The notes: a model not told the origin generated them from the letters alone. Positions 37,556 through 50,890 are shown, numbered from the stretch's first letter. The stretch is DNA of 64,000 bases from Podospora anserina (GCA_017654855.1 CM030336.1:3720001-3784000); one strand, 5' to 3'. Numbers and translations are program-made.

Positions 37556-38338
37556 CTAAGCATACCCCTTCCTCTCCAACTCCCTAGCAGTGATAGCATC
37601 AAAGTCCTTCCGCCCCCTCGCAATCTCCCGTCTCCGTTCCCCCTCGAGCCTCTTCTCTTCTTCTACCCGCTCCTGCTCTTGCTGCTCCCTGAGCTCTCTT
37701 TTCGCAACCTCGGGGTGATGATGCTTCCTCGCCCAATCCTCACCACTAGCCTTTCTAGTCAGTTGTTCCCGCTCGTAGGCATCCTCCCGGCGCTGCTCGT
37801 GCTTCTTCAGCGGCCTCTGAACCTCCTTTTTCTGAGAAGGAAACAGGGTCACTTTGGCGAGCTGTTCTTCCCTCTGCTGCTGGAGTTTCTCAAAGGCTCT
37901 CTGTCTAACCCTCTCTCCGCGCTTGAGTGCCCGGTCCGGGTCCTCCGGCTCTGCTCCAGTGAAAGGGATGATGGAGGATGGAGACTCTTTGGTGGAGAGG
38001 CTGGGCGGGTTTTCGGGGACGAGGTCAAGGTAGCGGTTGACCGTTGTCTTTGGGCCAACGTATTTGTATTGTGTGGTTCCGGCCTGGGAGAGGAGAGCTT
38101 GCGCCTTAGTAACACCGAGGGCAAGTCGACGGGCAGTTTCAATGGGGAGGAAGGAATGTTCTGGGAGTTGTGCTGGGTGGGCTGTGGCTGATGGCGGAAA
38201 GACTGTGAGGTTCTCGCGGGCGAGGGTGCCGGGGGGGAGCGAGCGGTCGCTGGTGGAGCGGACTATCTTGGTTGGCCTTGAGTTGGGGAAGGATACCGGG
38301 TGAGGGTTGACGCCGTTATCGCTATAGGAGGGTGACAT
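37556..38338 (-). CDS. Hypothetical protein, 260 aa; P/S-rich N-half and charged coiled-coil C-half
   Basis: ATG-started ORF (GCAATGT context) with an E/R/K-rich helical tail; no family recognised. Confidence 0.6.
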   Translation of the reverse strand: MSPSYSDNGVNPHPVSFPNSRPTKIVRSTSDRSLPPGTLARENLTVFPPSATAHPAQLPEHSFLPIETARRLALGVTKAQALLSQAGTTQYKYVGPKTTVNRYLDLVPENPPSLSTKESPSSIIPFTGAEPEDPDRALKRGERVRQRAFEKLQQQREEQLAKVTLFPSQKKEVQRPLKKHEQRREDAYEREQLTRKASGEDWARKHHHPEVAKRELREQQEQERVEEEKRLEGERRREIARGRKDFDAITARELERKGYA

Positions 38339-39887
38339 TGCTACTGTCGATAGTGATGTCTATTTAGGTGGTATGTTTGTTTTGTTTTGTTGTCTTTCTC
38401 AGGGGTAAAAGTGGAGTCGCTGATGCGTCAAGACAAAAAAGGTCGACTTTGGTAACAAAAGGCCAACTTGAAAGGTGAACAAAGGTGGCGGAATGTTACA
38501 TAAAGGTTGAAGAGCTCGGTGGGGCTTTCATTATTACTGTGAGGACGGTGAGCAAACGTCAGGTGAAATCGAAGCTGGTGATGGTGACGGTCGAGTGGCT
38601 GTTAGCAGCAACAAAGTTAGCGACTACCAGGCCAAAACTCTGCAAGATATAACTAGACTGTTTGGTGTTTGACCAATTTAGAAGATCAGGAAACCTACTT
38701 TTCACCTTCCAGAACCCCCTTGTTGATTCAATCTGCAATATGTACGCGATGCTTTCATCTAAAACCCCCTCTGCAGGCGAGACGCTCCGTCAAAGGACAG
38801 AGTTACGAATTTCTCACTGATTCTCAAGGTAAATACTCAACAATCTAGGTGTCTTGCTTCTTCATATTTATTTCCACAGAAGTGTCTGCGTACCCTAGAA
38901 CGCGTCACCGGTCATCCCAACTAGTTCCAACATCGGCCCCTTATCGCCGACTTCCCTGGTGATAGTTCTCTAGATAAGCTATTGAGGAAAGAACGAAAAA
39001 GCCATCCGGGTACTGTTCGCGCGCACTGGGCTAGGCAGTGCCTGCCTTCCACTTGATATTATCTCGATCAACTTTGGCCTCGCCCTCTCTCTCTCTTCTT
39101 CTTCTCTCCTCACGGCATCAAACAAAAACTGCTCGCCCTGCCCACGCCACAAGTAAGTTGTCATTTCCTGTTTGTTTTGGTTGTTTTCTTGGCTTCATCG
39201 TTCGATATTTTACGGCTGCTTCTTTTGTTTACCTCAAAAGGGGTGGTCAAGTCTTGGGTCGGTCGCCACGGCGATTCGGGACTGACAGACGACTACTTTG
39301 GGTCTGGGAATGCCTTCGACTCCAGGTTTGGCCGTCAACAACTTCTGTTGACACCAGATTCCGCCATCTACAACTTCCATCGACTTCACACTCGCTCGTC
39401 TTCAAGTTTGTTTGGCCTTGGATATGGCCGTTGGCGAGCGTCCTTGACAACAGTACAGGCACCGCCATGTCGCCAGTTTAGATATACTCTAGCTGGGCAA
39501 ATCGACACAACACCGATAGGAGCTCCCACTGGGTCCGAAAATAACCTGCTGGAGGACGGCGTCTACTCCGATGTGGATTACAAGAGAGCTTCATCCATGA
39601 CAATCTGCAAAATACCATCGACCCTCACACTTTGTCCGCTTCTGAGCGCGCCTTGGAGTACATCAAACCGCAAGAGACCACACCATCACCTCTCCTTACG
39701 AGACAAGCGGCTGGGGTTGAAATCTCAGCCACAGCAGCATCTCAGAGTTGGGAATGGTTATCAACATGCTATATACTAACACCTTGTTCTCTAGCAATAA
39801 CACAAACACACACTCCCCCTCTGCTTTTTTTTTTGTTTTTTTTTGTTTTTTTTGGAAAAAAAAGAAAAGAAAAAAGAGGCAAGAAAG

Positions 39888-41354
39888 ATGGGGCGGTCGG
39901 GGTATGTCAGCGATCTACATCTAATGCCAATCTGAAAAGCAAATAAATGCTGATGTTCTACTAGATATGACACGACCAACCTGGGGCCGTTCGGCGTCCC
40001 TGGCTCTTCGGCGCCCCCCCCTCCTCCTCCTGTATGTTTTCACCAAGTCCCGGTTTTTCCTACTCGCGAGCGAACATTATCCTGGCAGCTGGGAGTATAC
40101 CATTTTTTTCCGTTCACGTTTGCTAACAATCTTTTTTTCCACAGCCTCGCGGAGGATCTGGGGTGGGTGACGGTCCCGGCGGCCGCGGCCGGAAGCGCGC
40201 GGCCCCTGGTCAGGGGGGGTCCAGGAAGAGGGCCAAGAAGGCCGTAAGTACATTTTTTCTTTTTTTTCTTGGTGTGCAGATTCTTTTTTTGCTTTTGGGC
40301 AGCCAGTTGGCTTAGTGGCCTTGCTGGAGTTGAGTCGTTGACTTGCTTTCTTGTCGAGTTGAGGGGGATGCTTGTGTACGTCCGAGATGGACGGAACATG
40401 TCTGGTTCTATCTTGGGGCTTGGTGGCGTCAGTCTGAGGACTGTCACTTTCTCCCGTTTATTTTGGATCGGTCGAGTTGACTTGCGGCTGTTTTTGACGG
40501 TTGCATTGTCTGGGTGACTGGTCTCGGACGTCGAGGGATTGTATATGTCTTTGGACTGCTCTGCTTTTCTTTGCAGTTGTTTCCAACTCTTCTTTATCTG
40601 GCTTTAGACTGTCATTGGTTTTGGCTTGGCTTGCTTCAGACATTCGACTACTCGGACTTTTCTGTCTCATCAACACTTGCCTTGTTTATCCTGCCCATTT
40701 GAGTCCTCGCGCCCCGTCACACCACCACTCCATCGCTCCAGCAGAGACGCTGGTATCCCGCTTCTCGAGACTCTCATCATCGACGCAATGCCAGCAGGAC
40801 CACCTACAACAACAGCAGCGTTCGCAAGAGACCTCTCAAGGCGTCTGAACACAACCATGACACTGGGCTTCTCTTCTCCTTCAGGAGTATTACTGATGGT
40901 GTGGTGAAGGAATGGTAGTCAATATGTTGTCGAGGTTGAATTCGACAGTGCCGAAAGCTTCGGCCAACCTTCTTTGCTCTGTTACTTATTCTTCCCAGAA
41001 TAAAATGCCAAGGCAGCTGTGAATAAATATCTTGCTACCTTCAACACAAAGCTAACATCACTCTCTCCTTCCCAGAAAAAAAACAACGCCCGCGAAGAGG
41101 AGGAGGAAGAGGAGGAGGAGGAGAACCCCGCGGTGGCGGCGGTGGGCGGTGGTGGTGGAGAGGCCGGTACTGGTGCTGGTGGTGCTGGCAACGGCGAAAG
41201 GAGCGGCGGCTTCGCGGCTGCTGCCCCCGAGCCCGAGCCTGCTCAAGAGCAAGCTTTTGGTGGCTGTGGTGAGGGTGGAGATGAGGAGATGACGGAGGAG
41301 GAGATGGCGGCGGTGATGGAGGCGTGGCGGAGGGAGAATGGGCTGCAGGAGTGA
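39888..41354 (+). CDS. Micro-exon low-complexity protein (152 aa, starts MGRSGYDTT); coding exons 39888-39901, 39965-40031, 40145-40243, 41076-41354; probable 5'UTR intron 39153-39794
   Basis: Three coding introns with GTATGT/GTATGT/GTAAGT donors and GCTGAT/GCTAAC/GCTAAC branch sites, all phase-compatible, giving one open frame. Confidence 0.7.
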
Positions 41355-43343
41355 GCTCCTTGCTTGCTTGCTTACTGGCTGGGTGTGAGCCTCTCCTGGG
41401 ATTGTGGTGGTGGTCCTTTTTTGTCTCCCTGCTGGGTCTTGGACCTGGCGTTTTCTCTGCTGTGTGGCTGGCTGGCTGGTGTTTTTTTTTAAAAAAAAAC
41501 AGGAACGATAGGACTGGGAAGGGATCTGGGAGGCGCTGGGGCGCTGGGTTTGGCTGGGGTCTGGTTTGGGGCTTTGTGTTGGCTTGGGCTTTTTCCTCTG
41601 GTATTTTCGGTTCTGGTGTTTCTGTGGGGAAATTCTCTCTGGTCTGGGTTATTTGGGCGGGGGAGTGGCTTTTGTGATACAGTTTTTTTTCTGGCCTGAG
41701 AGAAAAAAGTGAATAAACCAGGAGGGGGTGGGGGGTGGGGGGGTTCGTCTTGAGTTATGGTGTTATCTTTCTTGTGAAATGTGTGATAATACGTGTGATT
41801 ATGTTTTGATGTTCTGTTCCTTGCTATGTCGATTTTTTTTATTTTTATTTTTCTTTTGGTGGGGGGGGGGGGCGTTTGTGAGCGCTGCTGAACTTCAACG
41901 TCTCTCAAACATGGGAAATGGCCAGGATGACCATATTAACTCGCCTCAAGGCATTACGAAGAGTGGCGCCCCTTTTTTTTTCGTTTTCGAGTACTTCCAT
42001 CGAGAGGTTTTAGGAACACTTTGGTCCCCATATCAACCTAAGAAGACTCGGCCCTCTCAGAGAGCTGGCTCCTAACCCTGGGAAACCTGTCTGCCAGTTC
42101 TCTTGCGGTTGCTGTATAGCTTGTTGGGCGCTTGTGGACGTATAAGCGCGGTCTTGAAGTTGTTGCTTCCATGGTCAAGTAGTTTGGTGGTCGTTTACAA
42201 ACATGAAAGAAAATCTGTTCCCGAGTTCTTCCTTCACGAGTATTGTATCCTCTTCCACATTTTGTCGAGGCTGGAATTCTGGACGCCCCTTGAGCGAGAT
42301 ACATGTTGAAGTGACGACGTGCTCGGAAGGCTAGAGTAGAGTACCTCAGCTCTGTCAAAAGTCACACAACCACATCACATCACAGGCCCCATAACCAACG
42401 TTTTACACAAGATTTTGTCATTTTATTACTCCAACACCCCACCCTTCGGCAAGGTCTCGAGAGTCTTTTTGCTAAAAATACATCGGCTCTGAACTCTGTT
42501 CATTTTTTTTTTGTCTTCTTATTTCATAATTGTGTTTCAGCCCCCCAACGACACAATTCAACCCAGACACTGAAGCAACAACCTGTCCTGGTCTCCATCT
42601 CTCTGACAAGAGGTACATCACACCACCGTAGACCTCTCTAAGAAAACAATAAAAACCAGAGAAATACACCCTCACCCCACCTCCAGAAACCCCCAACCCC
42701 CCAACTCCTCATCCCCTGTGTCGTATGCTTCATGTGTTGGGTATCAAAATCATCCCACCATGCACAATTCGTAAACCGTAAATGTCGTTGGATGTAAATC
42801 TCCTTCCTCGGGAGAGAGCAGCCTTCGGCTCTCAACCTGCATCAGTGCCCCAATCCGCAACGCCATTTCATCCGCATCCCAAACTCCGCGACACCGTCGC
42901 TTGCCCCTTGCTGTTGTTGTTATCTCTCTTGGAGTGTGCGTGACCATGGTCGCGGGTGACCCTCCGAAGTCTGAAACCCCTCAGTCCTGTCCCATCAACC
43001 ACCATCCTCACCCCTCTACCATTAAGTAGTACCAATACGTTGAAAAGAATCCCTTTGCCCAAATGCAGACCTGTTCCAAAACCTCACCCAATCCCTTGTT
43101 TATTCTTTTGCCCTTTTCCCATGTTTTTTCGCCTCGTTTATCATGTGTATCCCAATCGCAAACAAAAATACCACATCAAGCGGCAAAAAGAAAAAGCCAA
43201 CAAACACGAGTAAAAAAAAACTCGGGATAATCTCGCCCTATTGGCAAAATTAACGAAAAAAACTAATTCGATCGCGTACAAATACAGATTTGAACAGAAC
43301 GCTCGACTCAGCTGTATCACCCTTGGCGTTCCCAGCCTTGGGA

Positions 43344-44583
43344 TCATTGGGAAGCAGTACCGACGTCCTCAAACTCGGAAGGATTGAGAAGATCGTCCCA
43401 GTTGTCCACCGAAGCAACGGGCGATGTATCAGAAGCGACAAATGTCTCCTTGTTTGGCCCGTCACCGGCGATGTGTGACTGCTCCCGAAAGTCATATCCG
43501 GTGACGAAATCCGTATAACCGGAGCCCATGTCTTCAAAACTCATGTCGGCAAAGTAGGCCGTAGGAGAACCATGAAGCTCAGGATCGATTGCCTGGGCCA
43601 AGGTGTCGGGACTGCTGTTGGGCGCGGCAGTCATAAAGTTCTGGAACGACAACTCCTGGGACAGCATAGGTGAGTTGGATGCGCTGAAGTGGCCAAACGA
43701 GTTGTGCCTCGAGGCAGAGGCCATGATCTCGGCGGCGCTGTTGTCGATTTCACCCTCGGGTGAGGTAGGGTTGCTCGACGTACCCATCGAGACCGGTGAG
43801 ACCGATGCAGCTGGCTCCCGGCTGGTTGCTGACGAGTTTGATGCTGGGCTGATTGAGCGACGGGTGCGCCGCTGCCGAGGAGGGTACTCATGCGGCCCAT
43901 ACGAATACTGCATGTTGCCGAGTCCGAAGCTCTGCTGTGAAGCAAAGGACGGAGACTGCGAGAGTGGCTTGGACACACCTGAGTAAACGGGCATCTGAAG
44001 CTGCATTGGCATAGAAGACATGTGTGACGGTGGATACGGCGAGTATGTTGGCGTGAACTGAACTGGGTATGCCTGGACCCGGGGCATTACACTCCCAAAG
44101 ACTTGGTTGAATTGCTCGTCGACTTCCTGATAGCGGGCTCGAGTTTGGTAGTCCATTGTATGTTCGGCCAGACGGTGTCTTGGCAGGTCATCAATCTCGT
44201 CATACCACAGTCCTTTCTCGACATTTTCTTTGGTGATTTTGAAGCGCTTGCCAGTGCGCTGAAAGTGAACCTCGGATGCTTGGTGTGCGGATTTGAGGCG
44301 GTCCTCGAGACTTCGGTCCATGCGACGAGAAGCAGCCACATAGGCTCTTTCCTTGTTCTCCAAGTTGGACTTGACAGACTTGTCCATGGTTGTGTCGCTC
44401 TTGGCTGGCTGAGATGTTGAGGAGGTTCGTCGCTTGTGGGAAACGGTTGGCTTTTGCTGAGGAAGCTGTTAGCCATTGCAAAAAGCGTAGGCAAGCGTGG
44501 AGTCACTTGTGACTTACCTCTCTGACGGCTGTGTTGTCCTGCGGCGTCTCGGACGGTCGTGTTGATGGTGCACGTTTACCCAT
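43344..44583 (-). CDS. Hypothetical fungal protein with a basic helical N-terminal block and an S/P/Q-rich tail (possible regulator); exons 44583-44518 and 44456-43344
   Basis: Intron GTAAGT..GCTAAC..CAG extends the 347-aa ORF in frame; block KERAYVAASRRMDRSLEDRLKSAHQASEVHFQRTGKRFKIT...YDEIDD; acidic aromatic C-terminus. Confidence 0.8.
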
Positions 44584-47500
44584 GAGGACGGCTGTTGATG
44601 GTGCACGGATCACGGATCACAGTTTGCAGGATGGGTGTCAAGGACAGCCGGGCGAAGAGAGAGAGTTTCGATTTGATAGTAGTGGTTGATGGGCTCTTAT
44701 GTTTAAGCTCGAGAGAATTTGGAAAAGCCAAGAGACGAGAGTGGAAGAATATAAAAGGAGACAGAGTTTGGCTAGCCAGAGGAAACTAGTGGAAGTCGCG
44801 GGTGTTACAAACACCGGGCCAGAGAACTGGAGCCATGCTACTGCTTTGGGAGATGGGAAGTGGCGGTGCCTTTCGGGCGCTTCGCTGTCAACGAAACTCT
44901 GTTTGTTTCTTCGATCGATGTTGAAGCTTCGATCTCCGATCTATGGCTGGTACCTTTTGGGCGCGACGTTAGCGACCAAGGTACCTCTTGAGTGGTCCGC
45001 CAACCCCGCTTTTTCTTCTCGTGTACACTGCGTCGGCAGGACTGGATGAGCCCCTAACAAAAGCCGGACATGGTCGAGATGTGGCAGTTTGCGCAGGGTC
45101 TCCAAACTCTAGGATAGCAGCCCCTCCGCTCAGGGGAAGACTCCTCGTGTCTGAGGGGACTCGATCCGAGACAGAGCCCGTCTACACCGGCCCCGTCGTA
45201 CTACGCATCCATCGATGCTTCCAGCATGGTAGCATCAACATGTGACCTGAGCGATTTCCCAACTAAATCGCATTCAAGACTCGATCCCAAAACCTGACAA
45301 TTGATGAAGATGAACCAGTGGCTCTGTCTACATCTTGCGAGTTGCAAAACAAAAAAAATACGTCAGTTCATCAGATGAATGAACGGAGCAGGTGTTTGCA
45401 ACCAATTGCTCTTGGCAGACATGGGCGGAAGTTTTCGTCCGGCCATGGTGAACCAACGGCTGATACCTCACCTGTTAACAGTTGGCGCAACCAATCAAGG
45501 CACGGCAGTTGCTGTGAAGTACCCCTCATGCGTTGGTTTCCTGGATCTGTGACATGCGGTGCCCAGACAACGAGACAGCCCAGCAAGATTCCTGCCGCGC
45601 ATCAGGCTCCTGGCTCCATCGTTCTCTCAAAAATCCACGTGCGACCACAGTGTGAGCGTTTGGGCTAGGATCTGCAATCGTGGCTGGCAGGATGAAGCTT
45701 CCAAGAGCTGGGAGCTCATTCGACCAAAGTAAGGGGAAATTGTTAGCACGCATGCGATTGTCCCGCTTCCACATCAAATTCCATCTTCCAAGGGATGGCA
45801 TTTGGGCTTGGCACGTCAGTGCTTCACTCTGCGCTAGCCTCTTTGGGTCGCGGCCTCTTTCTCTGCCATTAGCTTGACGTCATTATGATTTTCTTTTGGA
45901 GCAATCTCTCAAGGCGAACTCCATATTGCGACCACCGGGCATAGTGCCTGTATCGACCTATTCCCACTCGCCCCATTCGTGACTTGTAGGGGATTTTCCA
46001 TCCATTGCAAAGCACCAGTCACGCTCTTGCTCTCGCTCTCGCTCTTGGTTTCCCCTTCCGGTCCCGCCCGCAATTGGCAAGCAGATGTGTGCAGTTGTGC
46101 CTGGCGTCGGGCAGGTCTGGCGTGCTGGCCCATGTAGACCCGGCTGTCCGGATCCGGGATGGGGTGCTCATGATTGAATGGAAAATGGCAATTCTTCTCG
46201 AGCCGCAAAACCTCCTCGGACCACCACCCGGCCTTCCGCTGCTTGTGATTCGTCAATTGTTTCGGACGACGTTGGGAGAATGACATGGGATGACGGGAAA
46301 TATTGTTAGCGACCTTGGCATCCTCGGCCGGTGGATGCAAAGTGATGCAGGTCTGAAGCGATGTCTTGTAGATGACCCGGCTCTCCACTTGGGGTGATCC
46401 CCTCCCGTCCACGTCTATCAATCAAGATCTGGAGCGACGGGGATACGGTGTGTTGTCGTTGATCCAACAAACTCTGACTGCCCGTTCAAGCCCAGGTGGG
46501 ATGATCTTGGAAATACGTCACAAAGTCCCATCCAATTGAAATCGGCGCGGGACATGTTGGACCCGGGCAAAATTCCCGATCTTCGGCTGAGGACTGGTTC
46601 CGACTTGATTAGCAATGCGCCGCCGCTTTGTCAGAGAATTTTCACTTACATTGGACGATCCACACATAACAGGTCTGTTCATTTTGTCGCCGATAAAGTC
46701 AACCGGCTCTGATATGCTAGCCACTCCCTCACTTCGCCGCCTTCATGTCCGTCTGTAGCCGAATCCAAGGCCTCTTGGACCCTGTATACCGGTCTAAACT
46801 TTGACATAAGCTTCTGTCATGTTGAACAAGGGTCTGGCCCCGTTGAAAGTGCCCGGCAAAGCACGCACAGGTGCACATGCAGAGGGGTTTTCTGTCAACA
46901 TGAGATGAAATACTAATCAAGTTAAATAGATTTGATCAATTTGAGATGTATGGAGCAAGTCGACGGCAACTCATCGTCATCTGCCGGCGCTCAGATCAGA
47001 CAAGCTACCTCTGAGGTATCAATTCGCAGCGGTACTGCCCCCTTCCGAACCGAACAAAGTTGCCCCTCAGATTCTGATTGAGCCAATCCGTCATCAAAGT
47101 TTCTGGACCAAGGTAGAATTCCAAGAAGACATGTGAATGATTTGGTGGTGTTGCAACGGGTAAGGGAGTCCTGTGACTGAAAATGACAGCAAAAAAAAAA
47201 CAAAAAAAAAGAAAACCAGGAAATTTAGAAATAGAAATCGAAAGTAACCATAAGTAAGGGACGAGGTACTGATCTCACTGAGATGACGTACGATACAACG
47301 CACTTGCTCCCATTCAACAAAATAAAACAAGAAACGCGAATCAAACGGAGCATGCCCAAGCCATGTTATTTTCCTGAAGTTTGAGTGTTGAAAGGAAAAT
47401 AAAATCGAAAAAGCCTCCAAATGTGGTGCGAAGAAACCGTTGTGAGAGACTATCGTATCGATAGACGGAAAATGATGCCATGAACTTGCGAGACGAGCTG

Positions 47501-50500
47501 AGTTCAGAAATAAGCCCAGAATTTGCTCGGCAGCTCTCTCCCGACGGGACAGTATTCCCACTGTAGCCAGGCCAGGAATCCAGGAAGGTTCTTTCCTCCG
47601 GAAAATTTTGATTGTCAAGAACCCTGGCTTTCGGGTAGTTCCTTCCTCCAAACACAAATTCGGTCCTTCCAGGAAACCAGCCATCGCGGATACCTAGTAT
47701 CAGTCGTTCCTTCCTTCATCCAAAGGCGGGATGGGCCAAAAGCTCGCCAGGGTCAATGAGTTGATCCAATGGCTCCTTCCCAAACGGCGTGACTTTTGAT
47801 CAAATCAGATCTTTGAGATGTTCATTGACTCATTGAGCAATCCTCAGGCCTCAAGCCACGCCCACATGCCCCGGGTTGATGGATCATGATCTTTCCGGGT
47901 TTCCAGAAGGCAGCAAGGGCAACACTGCCAGAGTCACTTTCACATAGCGACCATGGCGTTATCCCACCCGAGCCGTTTGGTGAGCCCTAATCTTTCAACA
48001 AGTTAGCATTTCAAATTCGAGATCTCGGCACGTGGAGGCCATGAGCTGGAATCAGATGTCGCTTTTACACCTAAACAGCTCACGGTCCAAGACCTTGACA
48101 TCAGAACACTCCCCTGTTGAATTCGAAAATAAACCTGGGTCATTGACGGCAGATCTTGGACGTCTGTTGCTGCAGGATTAATTCATTAGCTTGATATGAC
48201 TCCCACAGAATTGAGAGATGTTGGCCGTAGCATACTCGCCTGTTTTTGGGGAAAGACCTGAGCTCTTGGACATTCCCGCCGTCATTGAGCTCACAGAAGA
48301 GGTCCTCGAAGTTTAGGCCTTGGTGAAGGAAATGTTGGAAGCGTGTCCAATGAGGAAAATAACCAACGCCAGGGAAGAGGGCTCAGATCTTATACTCTTG
48401 AGATTTGAAGCTTGTTTGTAACCTTTGGCAGGCGCAAAGCCCATTCCACACTCCAACCCATACAAGATTTGGCTTGTGGCACCAACATGAACTTTAATGG
48501 TGTCGTATCCTGGCTGCGCTTGGTACTTTACTGGCGTTCAGGTTATTCAAGGTTTCTTTTGGAGCGAAGCTCCATAATGGCACGGAGTAAAATGAACATG
48601 AAGCAGTGGCCGGAGCTTTGCTCTACTTACTATAACTGAAAGCTGGTAAACTCTTGGCGACCAAGAGTTTTCTGGATGCCTACCTGGAGCATTTCCTCCT
48701 TTTTCGGAGATACAGGTCTACGAGGACCACAAGGACGAGAGGCAGGAGGCAGGAGACAGGAGCAAAGCCCCCGACTTCTGTGGGTAACTACAGCCAAGGT
48801 ATCTTGTGTGCGAGGTGCTGCTCCCGGTGGATATCAGTCAGGTTGCTACTAGGGCTTCTGCCCTGTGGGCCACGGGTCACTTGTTGATATAGATAGATTT
48901 CTGCTCTCTGGAGCCGATCTTCCAGTGCGGTACAATACTATCACTTTTCTCGCAATTCTGCTGGCACGCCTCACATCTTGTAATATGGGAATTTCTTACT
49001 TAGATACTAGCCGTCTATTCTTGGCCTCATCAATGCCGAAATCATGGTGCAGATGATGAACCAAGTCCAACAACAGCAAGACATGAAAAGAATATTACTC
49101 TTACAGCCAGCAGCTGCCGGCTTCATCACCAGAGATATGATATTCACCATGGTATTTTACCATGTGGCTCAAACGGCACCGAAACTTCTAAACCCGTCGA
49201 ACGTTTGCGGTGGAAACAATTCAACTCTCACGGTTGTGGCGCTTTTTGAACGTTAAACGCCTAGCTATCGATAGGGAAGCACACCCCCCGGCTGGAATCG
49301 GCATGACACCTTTGCCGTTGGTGAGCCTTCCATTCATCAGCCATCTTCTCCCCGTCAGAGTCTGAGGCATTAGCTTTGAGCCTCATGGCAAGGCGGGCGG
49401 TCTCTCAACTCCCGCGTCCAATCCCCCCACTCAACCCCATCTAAATCCTGCTGAGCATTTTGTCGGCTCCTCTGGAGCACCTGGATATGACAACATTCTC
49501 ACACAAATTTCCAAATCTCAGTCTAGGACCGAGATGCTAGCACAACAAGGCTACATATCTTGGCTTACGAGGCTATCGTCAAACACGAGAGCATCTCCGA
49601 TCCGAACACGAGACCAAAACCTCTAGCGGTTGGCGCCCACAAAATTGTGTTGAGGCTCCACCTGGCTTCGTCTCTATTGTCCGAAACGGTCATGCCGTAG
49701 TTGCCTCTATCCCGTGGACACCTGTCCCCGAGTTCGGCAAGTCCGAAAGGCTCGGTCCCTAAATTTCGGCATGCATGGGACCAAGGGGGTGCTACCGAGC
49801 CGTGACAACTAATTAAGCCACCAAAAGTCTATTCAGCTCCGGGATTCTTGCACAGGCACAAGTGACAACATTGGCAACACGCAGGACGGGGGCCGACGAC
49901 CTCGGAAGATAATGAGAAAGTTTTGGTGTGGTGGTTGGCGCAGAACCTTTCGCAAACACTGGTGAGCTCCTCAATAGGTATTCCCCCATGGATACCCAGG
50001 GTGGTCAATGAGATGAGCCAAGCCAAGCCGAAGGTAATCTCATCTCGGCTTGCCGCCCAGGGCCTCCGCTTGGCTTGAAGCGATCACAGCTTATCTCATC
50101 TCACGGGCTTGCAAGCCTTCCGGTAGTTTTTCCCGCTCCATATTTCGGCGTGAGTGCCTACCCAGTTGTTGTTCGGTATCCGGGATACCGAACAACTAAA
50201 ACTCTGCACGACAAACGACTTATTCCATCCTTTGCATCAGACCAGACGTCCGTCCAAGGTACCTTTAGTCACCGCGCACACCGAATTTCCATTGTCTGTA
50301 TTGCAACCGCACCCACCTGCCGCCTCAAAAAAAGACCATCATCCATGTCACCATCCATCATGCCCGCCCTCGCAGACCCAATCCTCATCATTACGGCCGC
50401 CCTCGTAGCAGATCGGTGGACCGGCGGCCGAAACACTTCCCCTGGCATTCCCATCACCTGGAAATTCATCAGTTGCGTCCCGACACCCCTCGCAACCAAC

Positions 50501-50848
50501 CAGCGGCCCATCCACCTGTCCCACCGTTGAGCTGAGGATGAGGCTTTTCATCACTTGGCCAGATTGCAGACAGGGTATAAGAAACCGAGAAATCCGAAGG
50601 AATATTCTGACATTTTGCATTCCACCACACAGTATGGAGGGTGGTGGTGTTTCTGTTTTGTTCCTCCAGCGGTGCACTGGTGATCAGCCGGAGATGCAAA
50701 ACAAAATCAGGGGGAGAAAAGGGGCTGCCACAGCAACGGAGCCCCACCTTACCTTTCTATTCAACCCCGATGCAAGAAAACGCATCACATAGCAGCAAAG
50801 CAAGCTGTTGCGAAAATGAAAACTTGACTCTCTCTGAAGGGCAAATTC

Positions 50849-50849
<1 letters not shown>

Positions 50850-50887
<38 letters not shown>
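50850..50887. repeat. 38-nt poly(A) tract (poly-T on the tRNA strand) downstream of the tRNA
   Basis: Counted from the sequence. Confidence 0.9.

Positions 50888-50890
<3 letters not shown>

Noticed and set aside
45909-46724. Two same-frame minus-strand ORFs (68 and 170 aa)
   Set aside because: Separated by two TGA stops, no splice signals bridging them and no recognisable domain
50154-50792. Same-frame ORFs separated by one TAG (editing candidate)
   Set aside because: Non-ATG start and random-looking product; no supporting features
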